A DNA stretch of 64,000 bases, from the NCBI RefSeq assembly GCF_006345805.1, contig NC_042997.1, forward strand, positions 104,966,001 to 105,030,000, given 5' to 3'. Under the pieces are notes generated by a model, which saw nothing but the letters and a program-made list of their open reading frames with translations, was not told the origin of the DNA and ran no database searches. Shown in pieces: positions 25,509 through 37,094 of the stretch. Origin of the DNA: Octopus sinensis (lineage: Eukaryota). A program made the translations under genes and the position numbers. The number at the start of each line of letters is the position of its first letter. The first letter of the stretch is position 1.

Positions 25509-25558
25509 AAAATAATAATAATAATAATAAATATAATAATAATAATAATAAATAATAA

Positions 25559-25595
<37 letters not shown>

Positions 25596-25610
25596 TTAAT
25601 AATATTAAAT

Positions 25611-26163
25611 GTTCTGATGAAGTACTAGGCAGTGTCTTTCATTGCTACTGATCTTAACTGACTGGAAGTATTATCATGTATATATGGTTTGTCTCAGTAT
25701 AAAAGATGGCCGACAGCAAATATTCTGCTTAATAATACAGATTTGATTGTCAGTTGCTTGACCATAACCAGTTGAGCATGTCCTTTAGTGGGTAATGATA
25801 TGTGCATCACTGATCACGTGCAGGAGCAGTGAGGAAGCATCATAGCCATGTGTTGAGAAAAATTTTATGGGATTTGAATAAATCAGCTCTAGAAGCATTG
25901 GCGCTTCGTTCCTCATCCTTAACCCTCATTCAGTGACCTTTTGAGCAGGATGAGCTGCTCAACATGAAGAATATTCTAACTGGGCCCCACTTGCAAGGTC
26001 ATACGCTATTTATCTTGATACAAGCTCACCATATCGCTCACATATGGTTGTGATGCGTATGCCTGGTGTTCCCTTATCAGACGGGTAGTCATTATGGGTA
26101 CATTGGGATTAGTATATTTGTACACCAGTGTAACTTTTATGGCATCCATTGCTGCCTCACTGA
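25611..26163 (+). mobile_element. Family D repeat, full length, diverged
   Basis: Preceded by (TAA)n, collinear with 20680-21190. Confidence 0.85.
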
Positions 26164-26169
26164 ATAATA

Positions 26170-26655
26170 CTAACAATAATAATGATGATGAATGAGGGGA
26201 GAATAAAAAGACAAACATACAGTGTGGGTATTTACATATAATGAACTGATAACAAAAAAATAAAGAGCAAGTGTAATTGGGATACAATGAAAAGAAAGGG
26301 ACGATATTAATATAGCCTTCCTAATACAGAAGGACCTCTAGAAAGAACCGAGGAACCCCACCATCCAAGATTTTCCCGAACACCAAGGGCAAATACCCTT
26401 ACTAATTCCTTTTCTTCGATTCACAGTTCTACACTTAGAGAAGTACCATCCACTTTTGCCATTTTCACAACTTTCACCCACCTTTCAATGAACTCACTCG
26501 AGGACAACACTTCTCTCTCCACCCTCGGTTTCTTTTTCTTGAAAAAGTCAATGAGTCCTTTCCCAAGGAAGAATGTATTTGTCTTCATGCCTTTCAGCCC
26601 CGTCCAGCAGACAACCTCTTACACCACAGCCACCAAGAAAAGGAGAACTGCCTGG
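26170..26655 (-). mobile_element. L1/Tx1-like LINE 3' fragment
   Basis: Minus strand reads FLVAVV*EVVCWTGLKGMKTNTFFLGKGLIDFFKK...RVEREVLSSSEFIERWVKV, resembling Tx1 ORF2 C-termini (recalled similarity). Confidence 0.55.
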
Positions 26656-27125
26656 TTTCAAATTTTGGCCCCAGTACTCAACAGGTACTTATTTTATCGA
26701 CCCTGAAAGGATGAAAGGCAAAATGCACCTCGGCAAAACTTGAACTCAGAATGTAGAAACAACAAAATGTTGCTAAGTATTTTGCCCGGCATGTTAAGAG
26801 GAATCCTTTGGCTTTCTATAATTCACCTCTGGAAATATGGGTGTTTCTTTCATCATCTTTAAACAAACCTTATTCAGAGATCTTTTGAGCTGGATGGGGT
26901 TTTCAGCCTTAAGAAAATTCTAACTATGACCTACCTGCAATATCAAGCGTTGTTCATCTTGCTATGAGATCAGCATGTGCATCTCTACTCATAAGCAGGA
27001 GTAGCCATGTCCTTCGAGGTTTGAATAATTCGCCCCTAGAAATATGCATGTTTTTATTTATCATCCGTAAAAAAACCTTTATTCAGTGACCTTTTGAGCA
27101 GTATGGACTACTAGACATGAAGAAA
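26655..27125. mobile_element. SINE C remnant (-) followed by two partial family D segments (+)
   Basis: gaaaggatgaaaggcaaa core; taattcacctctggaaatatgg and ccttattcag...ttttgagc D motifs each occur twice. Confidence 0.7.
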
Positions 27126-27685
27126 ATTGCATTGGTTCAAATTACAAAAGTACATAAGACATATTTGAAAGAACTTTTGCCAAAAGCATCGAAAGAGGCT
27201 GATTGAAAGTAAGATAACAGCATTGATGACAGCAACAGGAACCACAAATGCAGCAGGTCATAGACACAGCTATTTTCAGAAAATCTCCTATGGAACTCAG
27301 AGGAGAGCGAGTTGAAGCATTTGTTCATCAGAACCAGAAGTATCTTTCTCTCTACTTATCCATACAATTTTTAAACTGTCGCAACTACATTCTTCCTCGC
27401 ATTCATTATCATATCTGCTAACATTTACGGTGTATAACGTCCCCGTATAATGAATGATCACATGCAAACATGCGCAATACATGCATTATGTGTACGTGTT
27501 TATGTTTCCCTTGTGCTATATAAATGTGTGGTGGGGTGCGTGTATATACACTTTCACATGCACGTAGTAAGCTGTTCACTTAGGTCCGCCCTCCAATAAA
27601 TCTCTCTTATTTAACATGCAATCTTGATTATATGGACGTAACGACACAAGGAGAAATATTTATGTGTGTGCGTGTCTGTGCGTGC

Positions 27686-27722
<37 letters not shown>

Positions 27723-27767
27723 CATGTATATATATATATATATACATATACATATACATACATATAC

Positions 27768-27839
<72 letters not shown>

Positions 27840-28189
27840 TTGTGCATGTGTATGGATATGAAGATATACATATGAGGAGGGCGCATTTACAGGAAATCAA
27901 TTAAGTCTACTTACATTTGTTTTCCATCAACGGAAATGGCCTCTACGTCATCAACAGGAAGCATATCGAAGATCTCACTCGTTAACATGACACGTGTCTA
28001 AATAGACATGCCACTAGTACAAAGATTCGAAACCCCAGACAGAAAATTCTCTAGTTTTTGTGCTGCAAAGATACCTGTTCCCTCCTGCTGTCTAGCTACA
28101 TCCGTTCTGTCTGTCACACTATTTACCTACGCCCTCCATATTTATAACCCTCTGCCTAATTATGTATCTATACATCCATCCAATTATCT

Positions 28190-28192
28190 ATA

Positions 28193-28287
<95 letters not shown>

Positions 28288-28295
28288 TTATTTAT
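28190..28295. repeat. (TATC)n microsatellite
   Basis: Read directly from the sequence. Confidence 0.97.
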
Positions 28296-28508
28296 CTCTC
28301 ACATATACCCTCTCAGTAACAAAAAAAAAGCATACGTAATATATAGAGTAGATAAAAACTGGTCTTTGGAAAGTATTTATTACTGCAGTTGTCAAGTGCT
28401 ATTCATATTCAATTAGAATTACTTGGAACAGCGGTATTAAGCGCTTAGAGTGAAAGAGTAAATGCAAAGCATTAATTTTCAATATGATGGAAATATGCAT
28501 CTGCTTAT

Positions 28509-28755
28509 TGAAGTAATTCTGGTTATCGAACCGGTGAGATTGTTGAATATATAAGACTGGAAATGATTGACCGTAAGTTGGCTTTACTCTTCTAAGAACG
28601 AAGGTATGGTATCCGTGATTAGTTGTATTAGTCTTGGACCTTTCTGAACGGGAGTCAGTCATGTTTAAATATAATTCCAAAACCGCGTTTTCGACAGGCT
28701 GGCAAGATAAGGGAAATAACTGTGAGTAGTGATAATAAAAGTAACTATTACCACA
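28509..28755 (-). repeat. 3' LTR of the Gypsy element
   Basis: tgaagtaattc...attaccaca; diverged direct repeat of 29878-30114. Confidence 0.85.
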
Positions 28756-29574
28756 TTCTCCCCCGTTGCTCCAAACTGTACGTTCCACACGGTGAATTCT
28801 ACACGGTGAGTTCCACACGGTGAGTTCGTAAAATTCTTATTCATCAAAATACATGTGTGTGTGTGAGAAGTGAATGTATGTATCCAGAGAATGGAAGGAA
28901 TAATATGAGGTTTTAGACTATTTCGGATGGTTCGCGCCTTCCGGTTTCTCAAGTTGTATGAATGTAGATACTGTTAATCAGCTTTCAATTGCTCAAGATT
29001 ATTAAGTTTTGTGCTTTTGGCTTCTTCAGAGTCGATAACACAGGATCCGGTCTCAACTGCCGGTGTTTCTGCTTCGAAATCGCTCACAGGATCCTGTTTG
29101 CACGATGAGGTATCACGCTCGGTCGGTGTATCGGAAAATAGCGCATCTTCCTCCAGAGCCAGATGTTTCAACGAAACCGTTTTCTCCTTGTCGCTCGATA
29201 AGCGTACAAGGGCGTACAAGGGCGTACTGTGGATTGCATTCAAGTCGACCTCTTCAGCTGCTGGGTCGTATTTTGAAAACCGCGGTTTCTTCTTCAGGGA
29301 CGCGGATCCACCCTTCCCTAGCCATTCTGGTAGTGTGGTCCCATAAGTTGAGCGCCAGTGAAAACTGAACAGCTTCTCGTCAAGTATGGTGTTAGAGGCC
29401 GTACAGAAGATGCGAATAGAATGCATCTGTTGTACGTGTCACAGTCTGCAATATACTCGAACACGTCGTGACCGGTTTCATTAGCGAGCAGCTGGAACTT
29501 ACATTCTTCCGCTGCCTTCACTGATTCTAGATAGTGAATTAAAATACCAATGTTTCTACCGTTTTCCGGAAGTA

Positions 29575-29833
29575 AAAAAAATAATGTTCCTTCTCGAGCC
29601 ATGCCAGGCCCATAAGGGCCGGTTTCCCGGTTTCAGTGGCGTAGAAACTCCCCAGCTGGACGGGACGCCGGTCCGTCGCAGGATTACTCATTTTTGCCAG
29701 CTCAGTGGACTGGAGCAATGTGAAATGAAGTGTTTTGCTCAAAAACACAACGCATCGCCCGGTCCACGAATCGAAACCACAACCTTACGATCATGAATTC
29801 AACAGCCTAACCACTAAGCCATGCGCCTCCACA
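29575..29833 (-). mobile_element. SINE family B (alternative 3' tail) inserted in gag
   Basis: 13-bp TSD ttttccggaagta (29562-29574) / tttttcggaagta (29834-29846); tRNA-like head at the right end. Confidence 0.9.
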
Positions 29834-29877
29834 TTTTTCGGAAGTAGGTAAGTGTTTTGTCCATTAGAAGAGTAAAT

Positions 29878-30114
29878 TGTAGTAATTCTGCTTATGAAAC
29901 TGGTGAGATTGTTGAACACAGAAGACTCGAAATGACTGGCTTTACTCTTCTAAGAACGAGGGTATGGTATCCGTTACTAGTTGTTTTAGTCGAGAACCTA
30001 GGCAGATCAGGTGTCAGCCATGTTTAACTATCATTCCAAAGTCTTATTTTCAACTGGCTGGCGAGATGGGGGAAATAACTGTGAGTACTAATAATAACAG
30101 TAATTATTACCACA
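29878..30114 (-). repeat. 5' LTR of the Gypsy element
   Basis: tgtagtaattc...attaccaca; no recognisable PBS. Confidence 0.85.
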
Positions 30115-30119
30115 CTTAT

Positions 30120-30291
30120 ACATTATTTACATTAGACGGATATTTGTCCTCATCTTGTTTGTTGTTAAGACAACGTATCGTCAGATATACCCTCCAGCTT
30201 TCATCAGGTATCTTGGGGAAATTTCGAACCTAGGTTCTCATCCCTAAGGTATTTTTCGACGTTATTATTATTTTTATTATCATCATCATCA

Positions 30292-30328
<37 letters not shown>

Positions 30329-30508
30329 CATTATTCAGGTCACTGCCTGGAATTGAACTCGGAATCTTGGGGTTAGTAGCACACGCTCTTAACCACTACG
30401 CCATATGCTCACGCGCATATGAAGGCTGGAGGGTATATCAGCCGAAACGTTGTGTTAACAACAAGCAAAATGAGGATAAATATCCGTGAAATGTAAATAA
30501 TGTAAATA
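30120..30508 (-). mobile_element. tRNA-headed, Penelope-type non-autonomous element with a hammerhead-ribozyme motif and inverted terminal arm
   Basis: A box tggcgtagtgg and B box gagttcaattcc (30336-30418, minus), (TAA)n linker, then CTGATGA...GATAC motif; inverted copy of the 3' arm at 30419-30505 with ggctg/cagcc stem and GAAAC. Confidence 0.7.
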
Positions 30509-30519
30509 TATATATATAT

Positions 30520-30739
30520 ACTCTTTTACTCTTTTACTTGTTTCAGTCATTTGACTGCGGCCATGCTGGAGCACCGCCATTAATCGAGCAACTCGACCCC
30601 GGGTCTTATTCTTTTGTAAGCCCAGTACTTATTCTATCGTTCTCTTTTGCCGAACCGCTAAGTAACGGGGACGTAAACACACCAGCATCGGTTGTCAAGC
30701 AATGCTAAGGGGACAAACACAGACACATAAACACACACA

Positions 30740-30774
<35 letters not shown>

Positions 30775-30966
30775 GACGGGCTTCTTTTAGTTTCCGTCTA
30801 CCAAATCCACTCACAAGGCTTGCCCAAGGTGCCACGCAGTGGGACTGAACCCGGAACCATGTGGTTGGTTAGCAAGCTACTTACCACACAGCCACTCCTT
30901 CGCCTATTGAACCCGGAACCATGTGGTTGGTTAGCAAGCTACTTACCACACAGCCACTCCTTCGCC

Positions 30967-30967
<1 letters not shown>
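30520..30967 (-). mobile_element. SINE family A with internal deletion and duplicated head
   Basis: Family A match; 62-bp tandem repeat from 30846 and 30908. Confidence 0.9.
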
Positions 30968-30997
<30 letters not shown>

Positions 30998-31180
30998 GTT
31001 TTGTAAGATGGTGACTTTCATTCAAGATAAGGAAATGAAAGGCATCGTTTTTCTATAAAACGCAAAACAGATGATGATAAATATTACAAGACATCTGTGT
31101 AGCTATATATTGCGTCGTAGAAACTCAATGCAAAAGACTGACGTTGAATATTCCTCGACTATTTGATAATATATATTCAT

Positions 31181-31395
31181 AACAGGGGGAGGTTCTAGCT
31201 TTGTGGGTAAAAGAAAATACCAGAGGATCAGTTAATTATGATTTTATTCGTCATATTCCCCCCTCAGATCTATATACATATCACAGCAGTCCTTGAGTCT
31301 TTCTAAGTCCTGTAAAACGAAGTCAGAATGTTGGTTTTCCAGCCAGGACTTTCACGACACCCTTAAGTTCAGAAACTTTTCAGCACCCCCTCGTA
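31181..31395 (-). mobile_element. Mariner-derived MITE
   Basis: TIR tacgagggggtgctgaaaaagtt (reverse complement, ending 31395) with TA; internal remnant of a transposase C-terminus (..LRGEY..E*); left TIR degraded. Confidence 0.65.
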
Positions 31396-31399
31396 CGTA

Positions 31400-31687
31400 C
31401 ATACGTACGTAAGTGCATATGCATGCATGTATACATACATACATACATATATACATACATACACATGCATACATACATACATACGTACATACATACATAC
31501 ATGAGCAGATACGTACGTGCATATATACATAAGAGCATACATGCATACATCCAAACATACATACTTAGGTACGTGCATATATGCATACATACACACACAC
31601 TCACACATCTATCCATCCATACACACATACATACATGCATACATGCATACATACATACATACATACATACATACATACATACATACA

Positions 31688-31721
<34 letters not shown>

Positions 31722-31735
31722 CATACATATATACA
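31400..31735. repeat. (TACA)n array
   Basis: Read directly from the sequence. Confidence 0.95.
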
Positions 31736-31814
31736 AGGTGATTTCCATTCCATTACTGAAGAAAGCCATCTGTTATGCTTGTAAACGTCGTTACGAGAAC
31801 TCATCACCGTCACA

Positions 31815-32125
31815 GGTGATGATCACCGTGACCGACCAGACTATCAGATGTTGCTACACATCGCTGGTAACAATGCGCTTCGCACTGTTTTAGCCTTCAA
31901 ATGACGCCACCCCGCTGGCTAAGCGTGCAGGCCAACAGAGGAAAGAGTGAGAGAAAGTTGTGGCGAACGAGTACTGCAGGGATCGCTACCACCCCCTGCC
32001 GGAGTCTCGTAGATCTTTAGGTGTTTTCTCTCAATAAACATTCACAACGCCTGGTCTGGAAATCGAAACCGCGATCCTACAACTGCGAGTCCACTGCTCT
32101 AACCACTGGGCCATTGCACCTCTAC
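31815..32125 (-). mobile_element. tRNA-derived SINE, family E
   Basis: Head tggcccagtggttagagcagtggactc...ggtttcgatttcc (A and B boxes); body unrelated to families A-C. Confidence 0.75.
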
Positions 32126-33189
32126 ACGAAAACTCATATGATTAGAAAATCCAGCTTTGGGTAAATAAACCCTACTGCACATGGTACAAAGATGAAGAGT
32201 GTCTAGGGCTGCAGACAAATTCTACGTGTCTGAAATGCTTTATAAGTATTGTAAATCATTCTTTTCAAAATGATCAATGTTCCATCATCTTTTAGTTTTC
32301 AACTTACCATAGCAAACTACATGCCCGCTTACTTGCTTTCCACTTATCTACCTACATACATACTCTACTTTACCTACTTACCTACCTACCTTCATACAAA
32401 CATTCATGCATATATGTATGTTCATACACTCATACATGCGTACATACATACATACATACATACATACATACATACATACATACATACATACATACATACA
32501 TAGTATATACATGCTTACATACAACACAAAGGACGTATACTGTGTATGAAGCGTTATGTATTCGTGTGTCTATGTGTCTCTGTGTATGGAAGCAAATTAT
32601 GTTAATTTACTTCAAGTACCGTTAAGTAAATTTTAGAAGGTGCATTATCGATTAAAAGCTAAAGAAATGCTGGCAAAAAGATAACATCGATTTTATTCGA
32701 TAATTCGATCACAAACAACTAATGAATGCAATATCACAGGGAAGCGAAATGTAAAACCGGCAACGCAAAAGGAAATTCGCAATAAAGTACATTGAATCGT
32801 AAACACAAAGTTTGAATGAACTGATGAAAGTAACACATTTTACCGCGGTTGTTAAGCTTCCTTTAATGGCGTTAGATAAAGCTTGTTTCTTTAAATGTAA
32901 GGGACATTTTGACCGTTCTTGATCTTAAATTGTCACTTTGACATTGTTAAGGCATGTTTTCGCTATGTTACATTCATATATAGAATTTTTTTCATATAAG
33001 TTTATAGTAGAAGAAAACTGCATCTTATACAATGGTTTCTGTGCAAATTGTTTGTAATATTATATACTACTAAATGTTGAAAGTAACTCTCCCCCAGATT
33101 ACACACCAATAGTCTTATAATGTATAAATACCAGAGAAAAGTTTGAGACGGCTTTGAGTGCAACATGTCTGACTATGCTGCTATTCTTT

Positions 33190-33580
33190 CGTTCTTTTAT
33201 TTGTTTCAGTCATTTGACTGCGGCCATGATGGAGCACCACCTTGAAGGGCTTTAGTCGAACAATTCGCCTCCAGGACTTATTTTTAAGCCTATTATTTAA
33301 TCTATTGATCTTTTAGGCCGAACCACTAAGTTAAAGGGGTGTAAACACACCAACGTCGGTTGTCAAGCTGTGATGAGGGCCGATAAAAGTAGACACAAAG
33401 ACATACATGCACGCGCGCATACGACGAGCTTCTTTCAATTTCCGTCTCCCAAATCTGCTCAAAAGGCTTTGGTCAGACCAAGGCTATCGTAGAAGCACTT
33501 GCCCAAGGCGCCACGTAGAGGGACTGAACCCGGAAGTCTGTGGTTGGGAAGGAAGCTTCTTATCACACAGCCAAGCCAAG
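33190..33580 (-). mobile_element. SINE family A, diverged
   Basis: tttcagtcatttgactgcggccatg...cacttgcccaaggcgccacg. Confidence 0.88.
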
Positions 33581-33713
33581 CCTACTATGCAGAAATTCCT
33601 TACTGAACAACGACAACAACGATATGACACAATTGATGATATGGGAATCACAGGTCACTATGAAAACTTTATCGAAATCAGGTGACCTGTATATTCGATG
33701 GCTTCTTCAATAC

Positions 33714-34046
33714 TAATGGTTCTCAACCATTTTTTATCTATGGGCCCTTTATTTATTATTTTATTCTAGTGAACCCGTATAACCATTAAATCTTTATAAA
33801 CAAGCTTTACAGATACTTATAAAATTTCTGTTTTATTTTTCACACATTAACTTGCGTAGGTTGAACTATGTAAAAGGTTAGAGAAAGAAACCTAGCTGTC
33901 TTTTGCAATAGCTGTATTTAAATCAAATTTTTACATTGTCCCTTAAAATACTTCTGTGGATCCCAATTCATTATACTGTAAGTGTGGACACCCAAAAATC
34001 TTAAATGGACCCTCAGGGGTTATGTGGATCTCAGTTGAGAATAGAA
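33714..34046. mobile_element. hAT-type MITE
   Basis: Degenerate TIRs tggttctcaacc / gttgagaa, with subterminal tggaccc motifs. Confidence 0.6.
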
Positions 34047-34454
34047 TATATACAGTAATGTAATAATGTATTTAAACTGTCATCGTACATCGAAGTAGTT
34101 TAATACAAGATCGGACACCTGTGTTTAATACAAGATCGGACCTAACTGCTATTATCTATAGGAAAATTCAAAACTATAAACATCTCATCCCTTATCAAGT
34201 TTTGTGTAAATTGGTGGCTGTTTTAAACATCTCGCCTAGTTTTACAGCATCTCACGGCAATTTGTTGTCTGAAAGGAGAGTACACTGGTATATATGTTTG
34301 GGGTCAAGTCACCAGTGTGAGGATGACTTTTTTTCCTCCCGTCATTCCCAGAACTCCTGAAAACGGAATATAAGTGCTGCTCTTTTTCTATTTTTATCTT
34401 CTGAAACAGTTATGGCACAACACTTATAGCATTCGTTCAGTTATACATGTTTAA

Positions 34455-34655
34455 GGCAGCGAGCTGGCAGAACCTTTAGCACGCCAAACAAAATGCTTAG
34501 CAAAATTTGTTCTGACTTTATGGTCTGTGTTCAAATTCCGTCGACATCGACTTTCACTCCCTTCGGAATCGGTGAAATAAGCGTCAGGTGATCACTGGGG
34601 TCGATGTAATCAGCTAGCCCCCATCCCTCAAAATTTCGGGCTTTTTACCTATAGT
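34455..34655 (+). mobile_element. SINE family C
   Basis: ggcagcgagctggcagaacc...gttcaaattccgtcgac. Confidence 0.88.
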
Positions 34656-35211
34656 ATAAAGTATTCCATATATGAGCGTGTGCGAGTGCGTGTGTGCGTT
34701 TGTGTGTATAGATTTTAAAATATTTATGTCTTTGAATGCATGTGACTGTACAATATGTATCTGAAGATTTGTGGTTTTACTTGAGAAATATACAGTAATG
34801 TTTGACCATTGAATTCTGCTGCTATTCAGCCAGAAGCATTGGGCTTGTGTAATATGTTCATATCCCGTTGGGCCTGTACGACACATGTCTCAATTATGGA
34901 ACTTTTCCTGCTACTAAATATTAATTGGAGCACTTGACAGGTAGTATCGTTCTAAGCCAGGGTAGTAGTAGTAGTAGTAGTAACTAAAAGGTAGCTGCAC
35001 ACCCCTAGTCACCTGAACACTTGAGTCGAAGCCAAAAAATACTCCGAGAACTATTAGAATGTGTTAGTTTCTGATGAAAGCATAATCTCATGAAAGCATA
35101 GTCTTTTTCAAACCAAAAAGCTCGTTTTAAATTTGATAATTTCTCTGCACAACTTCTTCCGAATCTTCGTTGGATCTTGGACTCTTGAAAATTGAATCAT
35201 ATATTTAACTA

Positions 35212-35400
35212 TCATCATCATTGTTCGACCGTGGTCGAGACAATGGAATTTACCATGCTACGCCAGACTTCACGGTCCATCATAGCATTATGGAGGTCCT
35301 GTTGCTGGATGTCTGTATCCCTGGAGATTACATCAGGGTAGGAGAGTGTGCGCCCTCTGGTATTGCGAGTAGATGGCTTCCAGAGGAGAAGAGTAGAAAT
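35212..35400 (-). mobile_element. RTE-like LINE 3' end
   Basis: LLLWKPSTRNTRGRTLSYPDVISRDTDIQQQDLHNAMMDREVWRSMV followed by a (tga)n tail. Confidence 0.75.
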
Positions 35401-35794
35401 TACTTCTTTTTTAGCTCTACAAGAATGTCCAGCAAACTGGACTCTCCTACCTTTAACTATATATGTATATGAATAAAAGTTTGCATATATGCATGTTTAA
35501 AGACATATGTCTGTATAGTCCCTCTGCACATATATTTTAGCATACAGGGGGATATATAAAACTGTGTATAACACCCATCAAATTTTCATTTCCCTTTCAT
35601 TGAAACAAGATGTTTGCGCTATATTTACGTGATCATTTTCGTCGCCATCATCACCATTGCTATTATTCCTCTTCCTCTCCTCCGCCTCCGCCTCCTCCTC
35701 ATCATCATCATCATCGTCGTCGTCGTCGTCGTCATCGTCATCATCATCATCATCATCATGACTTCCACTACTACCAACACCAATTCCGACCACA

Positions 35795-35895
35795 GCCGAC
35801 AAATAATAATAATAATAATAATAATGATAATAATAATAATAATGATAATAATAATAATAATAATAATAACAGTAATAATAATAGTAGTAGTAATG

Positions 35896-35943
<48 letters not shown>

Positions 35944-36002
35944 GTAATAATAATAGTAATAGTAATGATAATAATAATAATAATAATAATATTAATAATA
36001 TT

Positions 36003-36042
<40 letters not shown>

Positions 36043-36066
36043 GTAATAATAATAGTAGTAGTAATG

Positions 36067-36099
<33 letters not shown>

Positions 36100-36155
36100 G
36101 TAATAATAATAGTAATAGTAATGATAATAATAATAATAATAATAATATTAATAAT

Positions 36156-36242
<87 letters not shown>
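35795..36242. repeat. (TAA)n array with higher-order structure
   Basis: Four aacagtaataataatagta(g/a)tagtaatgat cassettes. Confidence 0.95.
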
Positions 36243-36596
36243 CTCTAGCATGACCTCATAAAGTAATTGTTAATTAATAGAGAGGAACATGAACAAGACT
36301 AATTCTAGTAATTGGTAAAATGTCTACGGCTGTTTTTCATTTATATGTGTGTGCGTCTGTGTTCCTGTGCGTCTATTGGTGCGTGCTAGTGTGCATGTGT
36401 GTGTGAGTGTGTGTACACATGTGTATATGTATATATGCACATATATACATATACATACGTATGCATATATGCATACATGCACAGATATATATATGCATAT
36501 ATACACAGATGTATATATACATATACACACATATACATATTATATATATATATGTACATATACACAGATATATAAATATATATATATACATATATG

Positions 36597-36698
<102 letters not shown>

Positions 36699-37045
36699 TA
36701 TACACAGATATATAAATATATATATATATATACATATATGCATACACACATATATATATACATATACTTTATTGGTTTTTTATGTTAAATCTGCATTTCA
36801 TTAGTTATCCGCCATCTTATGTCTAGTATTTGTTAAGTTAACTTTTACATAGTTTTCTTCCTTCCTTATTATAATCTTATGTGTTCTTTATTTGCTTTAG
36901 TGCTTTACTTTATTTCAACTTCTGCTGTGCTGCCTACTTTTTCTCTACAATTTCACACTTTTGATATCAGAAATTATTCATTGTACACTAACACTCATTC
37001 TCTCACACACACATGATGTATGTTTAAATGCATGTATATATATAT

Positions 37046-37094
<49 letters not shown>

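Larger units (their letters stand above)
28509..30114 (-). mobile_element. Internally deleted Ty3/Gypsy LTR retrotransposon
   Basis: 5-bp TSD cttat (28504-28508 and 30115-30119); TG...CA LTRs; PPT gggggagaa next to the left LTR; gag start MDKTL...VFEYIADCDTY fused to integrase C-terminus HSIR..CTASNT...LPEWL...SKYDP..EEVDL...VRL...TVSLKHLA. Confidence 0.88.

Noticed and set aside
28783-28827. CRISPR-like array (also the SINE C triple TSD at 62816-63277)
   Set aside because: No repeat-spacer periodicity or cas genes; eukaryotic context with simpler explanations.
28974-29426. 150-aa ORF as the terminal exon of a host gene
   Set aside because: It is explained as the Gypsy integrase C-terminus between two LTRs.
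28570-30090. Many + strand GTAAGT/GTGAGT donors and CCGGAAGT motifs suggesting a promoter or first exon
   Set aside because: They fall in LTRs, the Gypsy interior or a SINE TSD; there is no independent support.
30336-30418. tRNA gene (also the heads at 241, 29760, 32050)
   Set aside because: A and B boxes are present but there is no complete cloverleaf or acceptor stem, and each continues into a repeat body.
35072-35100. CTGATGA...GAAA as a second hammerhead (similar motifs at 41830 and 53572)
   Set aside because: No proper stem II, I or III pairing around the core.
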